This document shows, piece after piece, positions 48,437 to 55,776 of a DNA stretch of 64,000 nt. The stretch spans positions 126,001-190,000 of the forward strand of contig MFIU01000001.1 of NCBI GenBank assembly GCA_001778985.1. The letters are read 5' to 3'. Each line of letters starts with the position of its first letter. Position 1 is the stretch's first letter. A program made the position numbers and the translations under genes. Source of the stretch: Candidatus Giovannonibacteria bacterium RIFOXYD1_FULL_48_21. GTDB lineage: Bacteria > Patescibacteriota > Minisyncoccia > JACPKW01 > UBA11713. The notes under the pieces were generated by a model. The model searched no databases and was not told where the DNA came from. It saw only the letters and a program-made list of their open reading frames with translations.

Positions 48437-48789
48437 TATTTGTTTTCTCCCGCTGCGCTCTGGCGGGAGTTTTTGCTCCAACCGTAGAGCATTTTCCCGA
48501 CCTCATTCAGATGCTTGGAAAGCAGAATATACTTTTTATTGTTAAGCATCTTTATTTCCCAAGATACTTGCAGAAAGAATTTAAGAATGTCCAGTTTATT
48601 TTGGGCTTTATCCAAATACGGCAATTTCTCTTGTCTCGGCAGATAACTTGCTATGAATAACGATTCAAGGGTTTCCAGGAAGAGTAAATCTATTTTAGCG
48701 CCGAGCGTCAGGCGCAATGTTTTTGGGAGATTTTCAAAAACCCCATGCCACGATTTGTAGACCGCAACCAAGCGCCCGATGATGAGCAC
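48436..48789 (-). CDS. avd: DGR accessory protein Avd (four-helix bundle); possibly extends to ATG 48835 via a G-tract shift
   Basis: LPKTLRLTLGAKID...LDILKFFLQVSWE..L...Y...L.EVGKMLYGW signature; lies between TR and RT. Confidence 0.88.
   Translation of the reverse strand: MLIIGRLVAVYKSWHGVFENLPKTLRLTLGAKIDLLFLETLESLFIASYLPRQEKLPYLDKAQNKLDILKFFLQVSWEIKMLNNKKYILLSKHLNEVGKMLYGWSKNSRQSAAGENK
48447..48474 (+). terminator. terminator-like hairpin just 3' of TR
   Basis: CTCCCGC...GCGGGAG followed by TTTTT. Confidence 0.5.
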
Positions 48790-48799
48790 GGTTCCGTAA

Positions 48800-48808
48800 G
48801 GGGGGGGG
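48800..48808. repeat. G9/C9 homopolymer shared by the divergent avd and RT 5' regions
   Basis: TAA-GGGGGGGGG-CTT; the open register differs by 1 on either side for both strands. Confidence 0.85.
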
Positions 48809-48889
48809 CTTAAAGGAAGAATTCAATTCGGACATAGTTTTGAAGATATCATTTCGGTTGAAAATCTCCTAGCGGCTTGGAAAGAATTT

Positions 48890-49777
48890 TTGAAAGGGAA
48901 ACGCAATAAACCTGATGTCCAAGAATTTTCGATACGGCTCATGGATAATATTCTAGCACTTTACCAAGAACTTGCCTCTAAAACTTACGAGCACGGCGGC
49001 TATAAATCCTTTCACATCTTTGACCCCAAGCCGAGGCATATCCACAAAGCCAGTGTTCGCGATAGATTATTACACCATGCCATTTACCGGAAGCTCTATA
49101 CGTTCTTTGACAGAACTTTCATTACCGATTCATTTTCCTGCCGCAAGAACAGAGGAACACATAAGGCACTAAACGGGTTTAAAGCGTTTGGGCAAAAAGT
49201 AAGTCGAAACAACACCAAAATCTGCTGGGTTTTGAAAGGCGACATCCGAAAGTTCTTTCAGAACATTGACCATGAAGTTTTAATGAATACTTTATCGCAG
49301 CATATCCCTGATAAAAATATTCTCTGGCTTCTAAAAAAAGTTATTGAGAGTTTTTCTCCCGGTCTACCCCTCGGCAACCTAACTTCCCAGCTTTTCGTTA
49401 ATATCTATATGAACGAATTTGACCAATTTGTGAAACATAAATTGAAAGTAAAATATTATATTCGCTACGCGGACGACTTCGTGATTTTGTCGGAAGATAA
49501 AAGCGAACTCCATAATCTAATTCCAAAAATCAGAGATTTTTTTCAAGACACCCTGCGTCTCGAACTCCATCCCGACAAAGTTTTTATCAAAACTCTTGCT
49601 TCCGGCGTTGACTTTTTGGGCTGGGTTCATTTTCCGGACAATAGGGTATTGCGAACGGCGACCAAAAGGCGGATGATTAAAAGGATACAAGATAATCTAA
49701 ATCCCCAGACCTTGAATTCATACCTCGGTTTTCTGAAACACGGAAATACATATAAACTTCGGAAAGAAATTTACTGA
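48890..49777 (+). CDS. DGR reverse transcriptase (RT-like frame extends upstream to 48800)
   Basis: DPKPR.I, RDRLLHHA, GDIRKFF, GLPLGNLTSQ, RYADD, DFLG; upstream in-frame FEDIISVENLLAAW lacks an ATG. Confidence 0.95.
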   Translation: MKGKRNKPDVQEFSIRLMDNILALYQELASKTYEHGGYKSFHIFDPKPRHIHKASVRDRLLHHAIYRKLYTFFDRTFITDSFSCRKNRGTHKALNGFKAFGQKVSRNNTKICWVLKGDIRKFFQNIDHEVLMNTLSQHIPDKNILWLLKKVIESFSPGLPLGNLTSQLFVNIYMNEFDQFVKHKLKVKYYIRYADDFVILSEDKSELHNLIPKIRDFFQDTLRLELHPDKVFIKTLASGVDFLGWVHFPDNRVLRTATKRRMIKRIQDNLNPQTLNSYLGFLKHGNTYKLRKEIY

Positions 49778-49778
49778 T

Positions 49779-50204
49779 ATGCCTGTGATTCGTTCGGCGG
49801 GGGCAATTGTTTTCAGAGAAACTAAAAAAGGCCGGGAGTACCTTTTGATTAAACATGCCCCGCCCTATGGACATTGGGATTTTCCGAAAGGACACATCGA
49901 GAAAAGGGAGAAGACCGAGGAAGCAGTCAGGCGCGAAGTTGAAGAAGAAACAGGAATTTCCAAAATCGAAATTATTCCGGGTTTCAAAGAGACGATTCGC
50001 TACTTCGTGAAATACACCGGCGAGAAGGCGCTGAAATTCGTCGCGTATTTTTTGGCAAAGACCAACGAGAAAAAAGTTAAACTCTCCCATGAGCACGAGG
50101 ATTTCGCTTGGCTGCCTTTTGAGGAAGCGTACAAGAAGATTACTTACAACACTTCAAAAAAGCTTTTAAAAAAAGCCGATGAATTTCTCGAAAAAAGTTC
50201 TTGA
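49779..50204 (+). CDS. NUDIX hydrolase (Ap4A hydrolase-like)
   Basis: WDFPKGH and Nudix box REVEEETG. Confidence 0.92.
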   Translation: MPVIRSAGAIVFRETKKGREYLLIKHAPPYGHWDFPKGHIEKREKTEEAVRREVEEETGISKIEIIPGFKETIRYFVKYTGEKALKFVAYFLAKTNEKKVKLSHEHEDFAWLPFEEAYKKITYNTSKKLLKKADEFLEKSS

Positions 50205-50430
50205 GGTTGTTCGGAAAATTCCGCGCGGAAAAACGCTGACTTACAAAGAAGTGGCGCGCCGGGCAGGCTCGCCCCGAGCTTGTCGAGGGGTGGGAAACAT
50301 TTTGAAGAAAAATTTTGACCCGAAAATTCCCTGCCACAGAGTTATTCGCTCGGACGGAAAGCCGGGCGGGTATAATCGAGGTCGGCGTGCTAAAATGCGG
50401 TTATTAAAAAAAGAGGGAATTTTGTTATGA
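50179..50430 (+). CDS. O6-methylguanine-DNA methyltransferase (MGMT) C-terminal domain
   Basis: IPRGKTLTY and IPCHRV active site. Confidence 0.9.
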   Translation: MNFSKKVLEVVRKIPRGKTLTYKEVARRAGSPRACRGVGNILKKNFDPKIPCHRVIRSDGKPGGYNRGRRAKMRLLKKEGILL

Positions 50431-51164
50431 CGCTTCTGGCAGCAATTTTATTGTCCTCTTTAGCCGCCGCGCTGGTTTCTTTTGTCGGCGGCATTTTGGC
50501 TATTTTTAACGAGGAAAAGGTGCGGCGGGCAACGCATTTTATCGTGAGTTTCGCCATCGGCGCTCTTTTTTCTGTGGCTCTTTTGGACCTTATTCCGGAA
50601 GCGTTAGAGATTGGTTCAACCAAACTTGTAATGTCTTTTGTACTCTTGGGAGTTTTGCTGTTTTTTCTTCTGGAAAAATTTATCTTTTGGTATCACTGCC
50701 ACGACGGCCAGTGTCCTATCCATACTTATTCTTATTTGATTCTCTGGGGCGATTTTCTGCACAATTTTGTGGACGGAATTATTTTGGCTTTGACTTTCCT
50801 CGTTGATTTGCGGCTGGGGCTTCTAACCACGGTAGCCGTGATTCTTCATGAAATTCCGCAGGAGATTGGCGATTTTGGAATTTTGATTCATGGCGGATTT
50901 TCACGCAGAAAAGCGCTCTGGTATAATTTTCTTTCTGCGATCTCCGTGGTTATCGGCGCCGTTTTGACCTACGCTCTGGGAGCAGTACTCGAGCCGTTCT
51001 TGCCCTTGGGTTTGGCGCTCGTTGCGGGCGCCTTTATCTACCTCGCCGCAGTTGACCTTATGCCGGAGCTTCACGAAACGACAGGATTTTCGCACGCTCT
51101 TATCCAGATCGTTTTTATCGCCATGGGAGCGCTTTTGGTGATAGCCCCAGATTTTATTTTTTAA
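50427..51164 (+). CDS. ZIP family metal transporter
   Basis: LHNFVDG and HEIPQEIGDF. Confidence 0.95.
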   Translation: MTLLAAILLSSLAAALVSFVGGILAIFNEEKVRRATHFIVSFAIGALFSVALLDLIPEALEIGSTKLVMSFVLLGVLLFFLLEKFIFWYHCHDGQCPIHTYSYLILWGDFLHNFVDGIILALTFLVDLRLGLLTTVAVILHEIPQEIGDFGILIHGGFSRRKALWYNFLSAISVVIGAVLTYALGAVLEPFLPLGLALVAGAFIYLAAVDLMPELHETTGFSHALIQIVFIAMGALLVIAPDFIF

Positions 51165-51169
51165 AAAAT

Positions 51170-51197
51170 GAAAGGCGGCCCTGCAGGGTCGCCTTTC
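51170..51197. terminator. bidirectional terminator candidate
   Basis: GAAAGGCGGCCC-TGCA-GGGTCGCCTTTC between convergent genes. Confidence 0.6.
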
Positions 51198-51209
51198 TTG
51201 GTCACGTCT

Positions 51210-51350
51210 TCAGAGCGTTTGTATTTCCTCGAGTAATCTCGCCGCCTCCTTGTAGTCTGCTTTTTTGAGCGCTTGGGAGTAAAGCTCCTCAAGTTCTTTC
51301 TTTCTTTTTTTTCTTTTCTCTTTCTCGCACGCTTCTTGCACTGCATTCAT
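51210..51350 (-). CDS. small protein with a UVR-like motif
   Basis: LEELYSQAL..ADYKEAARL.EEI; AGGAG SD. Confidence 0.5.
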   Translation of the reverse strand: MNAVQEACEKEKRKKRKKELEELYSQALKKADYKEAARLLEEIQTL

Positions 51351-51923
51351 TTTTGGCTCTCCTTTCTTCCCATTTGAGCTTGGAACAAAATATATCCCTT
51401 CATGAGTTTCCCTCCCCAGTTTGTTAAACAACAAAATTACCGACCTTGTGGGTCGGCTCCGTCCTTTTAACTATTTACCATTCAACTACTCAACTAATAA
51501 CAGAGGCCGACCCTTAAACTCGTAAAAAAAGAAGCTAAAAAAGAAATTGAATCGGCTTAAATCTGTCATCAATTTTATTCTAGCAAGCCCTAAAAACGAG
51601 TCAAGGGGAGGTCTATCTAAACCTCCCCATTTTGGAATTCGAGCTCTAGTCGCCGCCCGCGTAGCGCAGAGTTTCGAATGCTTCGCGGAGTTCTTTTATT
51701 TCTTTCTCCGTAAGCCTTCGCTCCTTTTGGCGTTTCAGTAACTCCTCTATTTTCTTTTCCATTTTTCCTCCCTAAAGAACAAAATTCCGGTTCTTGGAGA
51801 ACCGGTTTCTGGAAGTATCTTTATTTCGTCAGGATATGTCCAAAGACCGGCGCTCCAATGAGTCCTTAATGACTACGAGGATAAGAGCCAGTCGTCCTTT
51901 CATATCCATAATTACATACCTTA

Positions 51924-52274
51924 TCACGCTCCTTTTACTTTTTCAACCAGGGCTAGGAAGGCCTGGGGATAATTTTGGGCGAGCTCTGCCAGAATTTTCC
52001 GGTCAAGTTCAATACCGGCCCTTTTTAATTTGTGCGTAAAAACGCTGTAAGAAAGGCCAGACTCGCGCGCCGCGGCGTTTATTTTTATTTGCCAGAGTTT
52101 CCTGAAGTTTCTTTTCTTTTTGCGGCGGTCCTGAAAAGAATGAACGGCGGCGTGCAGTAACCGCTCCCTCGCCAATCTTTCTTTGGATTTTCCGCCCCAG
52201 CGAAAACCTTTGGTGCGGCGCAAAATGTTGCGCCTCTTCTTTAACGAAATTTTTCCTCTTTTTACCCGCGCCAT
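51924..52274 (-). CDS. rplT: 50S ribosomal protein L20
   Basis: [31 protein letters not shown]. Confidence 0.98.
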   Translation of the reverse strand: MARVKRGKISLKKRRNILRRTKGFRWGGKSKERLARERLLHAAVHSFQDRRKKKRNFRKLWQIKINAAARESGLSYSVFTHKLKRAGIELDRKILAELAQNYPQAFLALVEKVKGA

Positions 52275-52277
52275 AAT

Positions 52278-52466
52278 TTAAATATAAGGCAAATAATGCT
52301 TAAGAGTTTGCCTATCAATGCTAAAATTTTTCCAGCCTTTCAGGTGGAGCTGTTTAAGCCTTCTCGTTTTGGCGTTGAAATGATTCTGGCCCGGAATCCG
52401 GGCGAACACCTTGCCCGTCGGCGTCACTTTCAGGCGCTTTAGAAATGATTTATTAGTTTTATTCAT
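52278..52466 (-). CDS. rpmI: 50S ribosomal protein L35
   Basis: KTNKS..KRLKVT.TGK; synteny with infC and rplT. Confidence 0.92.
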   Translation of the reverse strand: MNKTNKSFLKRLKVTPTGKVFARIPGQNHFNAKTRRLKQLHLKGWKNFSIDRQTLKHYLPYI

Positions 52467-52975
52467 TTTTTCTCGATGATAAGATGGATTCCGCGCGGCC
52501 CCTGTTTCGGCCCTTCGGAGACTTTGTAGTCCCGCGGAATGAAATGCAGTATTCGCTCCATTCTCTCTTTTATGAAATTTTTGTCAAGATATTTTGCCCG
52601 GCCTCTTAACGCGAGCCCTATTTTTACCTTGTCGCCTTCGTCCAGAAACTCGCCGATTTTCTTCGCTTTCATCTCCAGGTCGTGCTCCGAGGTGTTTAGC
52701 CCCACCCGTACTTCGCGCACCTCGGCGAGGTGGGCCTTTTTGCCCGCCTCCCGGCGCTTTCTATCCTGCTGGTAGGACCACTTGCCGAAGTCCATTATTT
52801 TGACCACCGGAGGCTTGGCCGTGGGAGAGATTTCGATTGCGTCCAGCCCTTTTTCCTGGGCAATTCTAAGGGCCTCGGAAATTTCAATGACACCATAGTT
52901 GGTGCCATCATCGCCGATAACCCTGACGGGGTTCGCGATTATCTGATTATTTATTCTAACGCGCTCTTGAGCCAG
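52463..52975 (-). CDS. infC: translation initiation factor IF-3 (non-canonical CTG start)
   Basis: Frame extends 56 codons upstream of the track start (RINNQI...VRVI...GLDAIEISPTAKPPVVKIMDFGK); no ATG/GTG/TTG before the in-frame stop. Confidence 0.9.
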   Translation of the reverse strand: MAQERVRINNQIIANPVRVIGDDGTNYGVIEISEALRIAQEKGLDAIEISPTAKPPVVKIMDFGKWSYQQDRKRREAGKKAHLAEVREVRVGLNTSEHDLEMKAKKIGEFLDEGDKVKIGLALRGRAKYLDKNFIKERMERILHFIPRDYKVSEGPKQGPRGIHLIIEKK

Positions 52976-53008
52976 ATAGTTTAATTATAGAGTAATTGAA
53001 TTTTGTTG

Positions 53009-53276
53009 TGGAGATGGCGGGAATTGAACCCGCGTCAGAAGAAATTTTGAACCGCGGTTGACAGGCTTAAAACTTTTGAAGGTTTTTCTCGCTTATAACA
53101 CCCGCGACCCTCTAGCGAGAATCAAGGACGGATGCTTACACAGACTTAATTAAGCAACTGCGTAAGAAGGTTGGAATAAGTTTGCACTTACTACATTGAG
53201 AGATTTTTAAGAGCTAACTCTCGTCCTCTGCCTGAGCGCCTGCTCAAACTTTTCCTCCTCGAGGCCGATCATCCCC
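53009..53276 (-). ncRNA. ssrA: tmRNA; tag ANLFQPSYAVA*
   Basis: 5' GGGGATG, 3' GACGCGGGTTCAATTCCCGCCATCTCCA; tag ORF at 53185-53150; adjacent to smpB. Confidence 0.93.
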
Positions 53277-53715
53277 GTTTTAAAGTTCTACTGATTTCTC
53301 TTTCAATGTCGCGTTTCTTTATCTTTTCCCTCTTCTCGAATCTCTTTTTGCCTCGGACGACAGCGATTTCTATCTTGATTCTGCAGTGCGTAGTATACAC
53401 CTTGGTGGGGATTACAGTCAAGCCCCTTTCCTCTGCCTTTCCAGCCAGGCGCGAGATTTCTTTTTTATGCAACAAAAGTTTTCGCGTTCTTTGCGGCTCG
53501 TAATCTGGAGGCGTGTTTTTCGGCTGATAGGGCGGGATATCCATCCCGACAATATGGGCTTCATTGCCCCGGATGATGACGCGCGCGCCCATGATATTTC
53601 CGCGCTTTGATTTCAAAGATTTCACTTCAAATCCCTTCAATTCCAACCCGGCCTCGTATTTCTCAAGGATTTCATAATTGAAATATGCTTTTTTGTTTTC
53701 CAAAAGCGCGGGCAT
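53269..53715 (-). CDS. smpB: SsrA-binding protein
   Basis: NKKAYFNY, EAGLEL.GFEVKS, RTRKLLLHKKEI. Confidence 0.98.
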   Translation of the reverse strand: MPALLENKKAYFNYEILEKYEAGLELKGFEVKSLKSKRGNIMGARVIIRGNEAHIVGMDIPPYQPKNTPPDYEPQRTRKLLLHKKEISRLAGKAEERGLTVIPTKVYTTHCRIKIEIAVVRGKKRFEKREKIKKRDIEREISRTLKRG

Positions 53716-53790
53716 GGTTCCATTTTATCATAATTTGACTTTTATTTTTGGATTTGCTATAGTTTTTAAAAATCCAGTTGAGGGGGAATT

Positions 53791-54183
53791 ATGAAAGTTC
53801 TTATAGTGGAAGATTTTCGCGATTTGGTTGACATCTTGAAGCTTCAATTCGCAAGAATGGGGAACGCCGATGTGAAGGCCGTAGAGGATGGGCTTCAGGC
53901 CTGCTTTTTTCTCGAAGAGCAGGGGGAGCTCATAAGTTTGATTGTCGCTTGCTGGGAGCAATCGAGGAATATGCGCCTGACTCTCGGCGAGGGGACATTG
54001 GAGATGGCGCGAAAAAAGAATCCCAACGTCAAGATAATTCTGGTGACTACCAATCCGAGGCTGGGGCACTTGGATTATCTGAGGTCTATTGGGGCCGACT
54101 ACGTGCTTGTCAAACCATTTATGTACAGGGACCTTATCAACGCGATAAACATTGTCAGGCCAGAGGCCCCACTCTTACATTAA
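53791..54183 (+). CDS. atypical receiver (CheY-like) domain protein
   Basis: KVLIVED, G..LE, IILVT, GADYVLVKPF; phospho-acceptor Asp absent. Confidence 0.75.
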   Translation: MKVLIVEDFRDLVDILKLQFARMGNADVKAVEDGLQACFFLEEQGELISLIVACWEQSRNMRLTLGEGTLEMARKKNPNVKIILVTTNPRLGHLDYLRSIGADYVLVKPFMYRDLINAINIVRPEAPLLH

Positions 54184-54205
54184 TGTAAGGTCAGTAATGA
54201 ATGAT

Positions 54206-54240
54206 CAAAGGCATCCTGCGCGGGTGCCTTTGTTCTTTTT
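54206..54240 (+). terminator. intrinsic terminator
   Basis: CAAAGGCATCC...GGGTGCCTTTG followed by TTCTTTTT. Confidence 0.65.
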
Positions 54241-54264
54241 GAAGCTCTTGGCTAAACTTAAGCT

Positions 54265-55776
54265 ATGCTTCGTGAAATTATTAGAGGAGAACTCGCCAAA
54301 ATAATAAATGACGACTTGGAGATTAAAATCTCCGAGCCGGAGCGGTCGGAGAATGGCGACTATTCAACCAACGTCGCCTTTTTGCTGGCGAAGAAAGAGG
54401 GGAGGAAACTACAGGAGGTGGCGAAGGAGCTCGCCCTTCGATTGAGCTCAGGGCAATTCGCAGAGCGAGTTGCTGCCAAAAATGGATTCGTGAACATCTT
54501 TTTAAAAGACGAGGTTTTGCTAAAAGCGCTCGGAGAAAAAGAAAAATTTCCCAAGAAAAAAGAGAAAATCAATGTTGAATTTGTCTCGGCAAATCCCACC
54601 GGGCCTTTGACCATGGCCAACGGCCGCGGCGGGTTTTACGGCGATGTTTTATCTAATGTTTTAAAAAAAACCGGCTACGACGTTACGCGCGAATACTATA
54701 TTAATGACGCTGGGAATCAAATAAAGCTTTTAGGCGAGTCCATTCAGGCGGCCGAAGGAAAAATTCCGGAGAAAGAGGAGTATTACAAGGGTGAGTATAT
54801 AAAAAAACTCAAAGGAAAGAGCGCTGCGGAGGCCGCGTCGATTCTGTTGAAAGAAATAAAAAATTCGCTCAAGAAAGCAGGCATAAAATTTGATGTTTGG
54901 TTTTCGGAAGAAAAAAATCTGCGAAAAACCGGCGAATTAAAAAAAGTCCTCGAACTTTTAAATAAAGAAGGAGTGATTAAAGAGGGCGCGGGCGCCCTGT
55001 GGCTTGATGATAACGTTTTGGTTAAGTCAAACCAGGAGTTCACGTATTTTTTGTCGGATTTGGCGTATCACTACGATAAATTTATAAAAAGAAAATTCGA
55101 CGTCGCGATAGATATTTGGGGGGCTGACCATCACGGATATGTCGCACGGATGAAAAGGGGAACGGTGATGCTGGGCGTGAATCCAGAATGCCTTAAAATA
55201 ATTATTATGCAGTTGGTGCGTTTGACGAGAGACGGCAAAGAGGTGCGGATGGGGAAAAGAACAGGCGAATTCGTAACTATGGATGAGCTTTTGGACGAAG
55301 TTGGGCTTGATGCCGCGCGGTGGTTTTTTCTTTCGCATGCGCCCGAGACCCACATGGATTTTGACTTGGATTTGGCAAAAGAGCGGAGCGAGAAAAATCC
55401 GGTCTATTATGTGCAATACGCTCACACAAGAATGCAGAGCATTCTGCGTAAATCAGAAATCCGAAATCAGAAATCCGAAATAAAATCATTTGAACATCCA
55501 GCAGAGAGAGCTTTGGTTATGAAAGTTCTTCGCTGTCCCGAAATTCTGGAAGATATTTCCAAAGATTACCAAGTGCACCGCCTTACAACTTACGCCTACG
55601 AGCTTGCGCAGACGTTCTCCGCGTTTTATAGAGATGTGAAAGTTATTGGCCCGCCTAGACTCGGCGAGGCTGGCTCTGAGCGCGAAGCGGAACTTTTGTA
55701 TCTGGTTTCCAAAGCTAAAGAAACTTTAGCGGATTTGCTCAAATTAATGGGCATTTCTCAACCCGAGGAGATGTAG
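54265..55776 (+). CDS. argS: arginyl-tRNA synthetase
   Basis: EFVSANPTGP, GADHHGY, MGKRTG, NPVYYVQYAH. Confidence 0.97.
   Translation: MLREIIRGELAKIINDDLEIKISEPERSENGDYSTNVAFLLAKKEGRKLQEVAKELALRLSSGQFAERVAAKNGFVNIFLKDEVLLKALGEKEKFPKKKEKINVEFVSANPTGPLTMANGRGGFYGDVLSNVLKKTGYDVTREYYINDAGNQIKLLGESIQAAEGKIPEKEEYYKGEYIKKLKGKSAAEAASILLKEIKNSLKKAGIKFDVWFSEEKNLRKTGELKKVLELLNKEGVIKEGAGALWLDDNVLVKSNQEFTYFLSDLAYHYDKFIKRKFDVAIDIWGADHHGYVARMKRGTVMLGVNPECLKIIIMQLVRLTRDGKEVRMGKRTGEFVTMDELLDEVGLDAARWFFLSHAPETHMDFDLDLAKERSEKNPVYYVQYAHTRMQSILRKSEIRNQKSEIKSFEHPAERALVMKVLRCPEILEDISKDYQVHRLTTYAYELAQTFSAFYRDVKVIGPPRLGEAGSEREAELLYLVSKAKETLADLLKLMGISQPEEM
54433..54454. repeat. in-frame CCCTTCGA...CTCAGGG family palindrome in argS
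   Basis: GCCCTTCGATTGAGCTCAGGGC (ALRLSSG). Confidence 0.7.
55450..55481 (+). repeat. heptamer tandem repeat (AAATCMG)x4 in argS
   Basis: AAATCAG AAATCCG AAATCAG AAATCCG AAAT, encoding KSEIRNQKSEI. Confidence 0.8.

Noticed and set aside
48301-48660. 119-aa ORF over TR, and other ORFs in the VR-TR spacer
   Set aside because: They overlap TR and run antisense to avd, with no recognisable motifs, so they are probably shadow ORFs.
48779-48799. ATG ATG...TAA in frame with RT as a stop-readthrough start
   Set aside because: It would need TAA readthrough and does not explain the missing Avd ATG. The one-base G-tract shift explains both genes. Not fully excluded.
48890-49777. RT as a group II intron or retron enzyme
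   Set aside because: It has no maturase or endonuclease extension, carries the SQ motif, and the adjacent TR/VR and avd identify it as a DGR RT.
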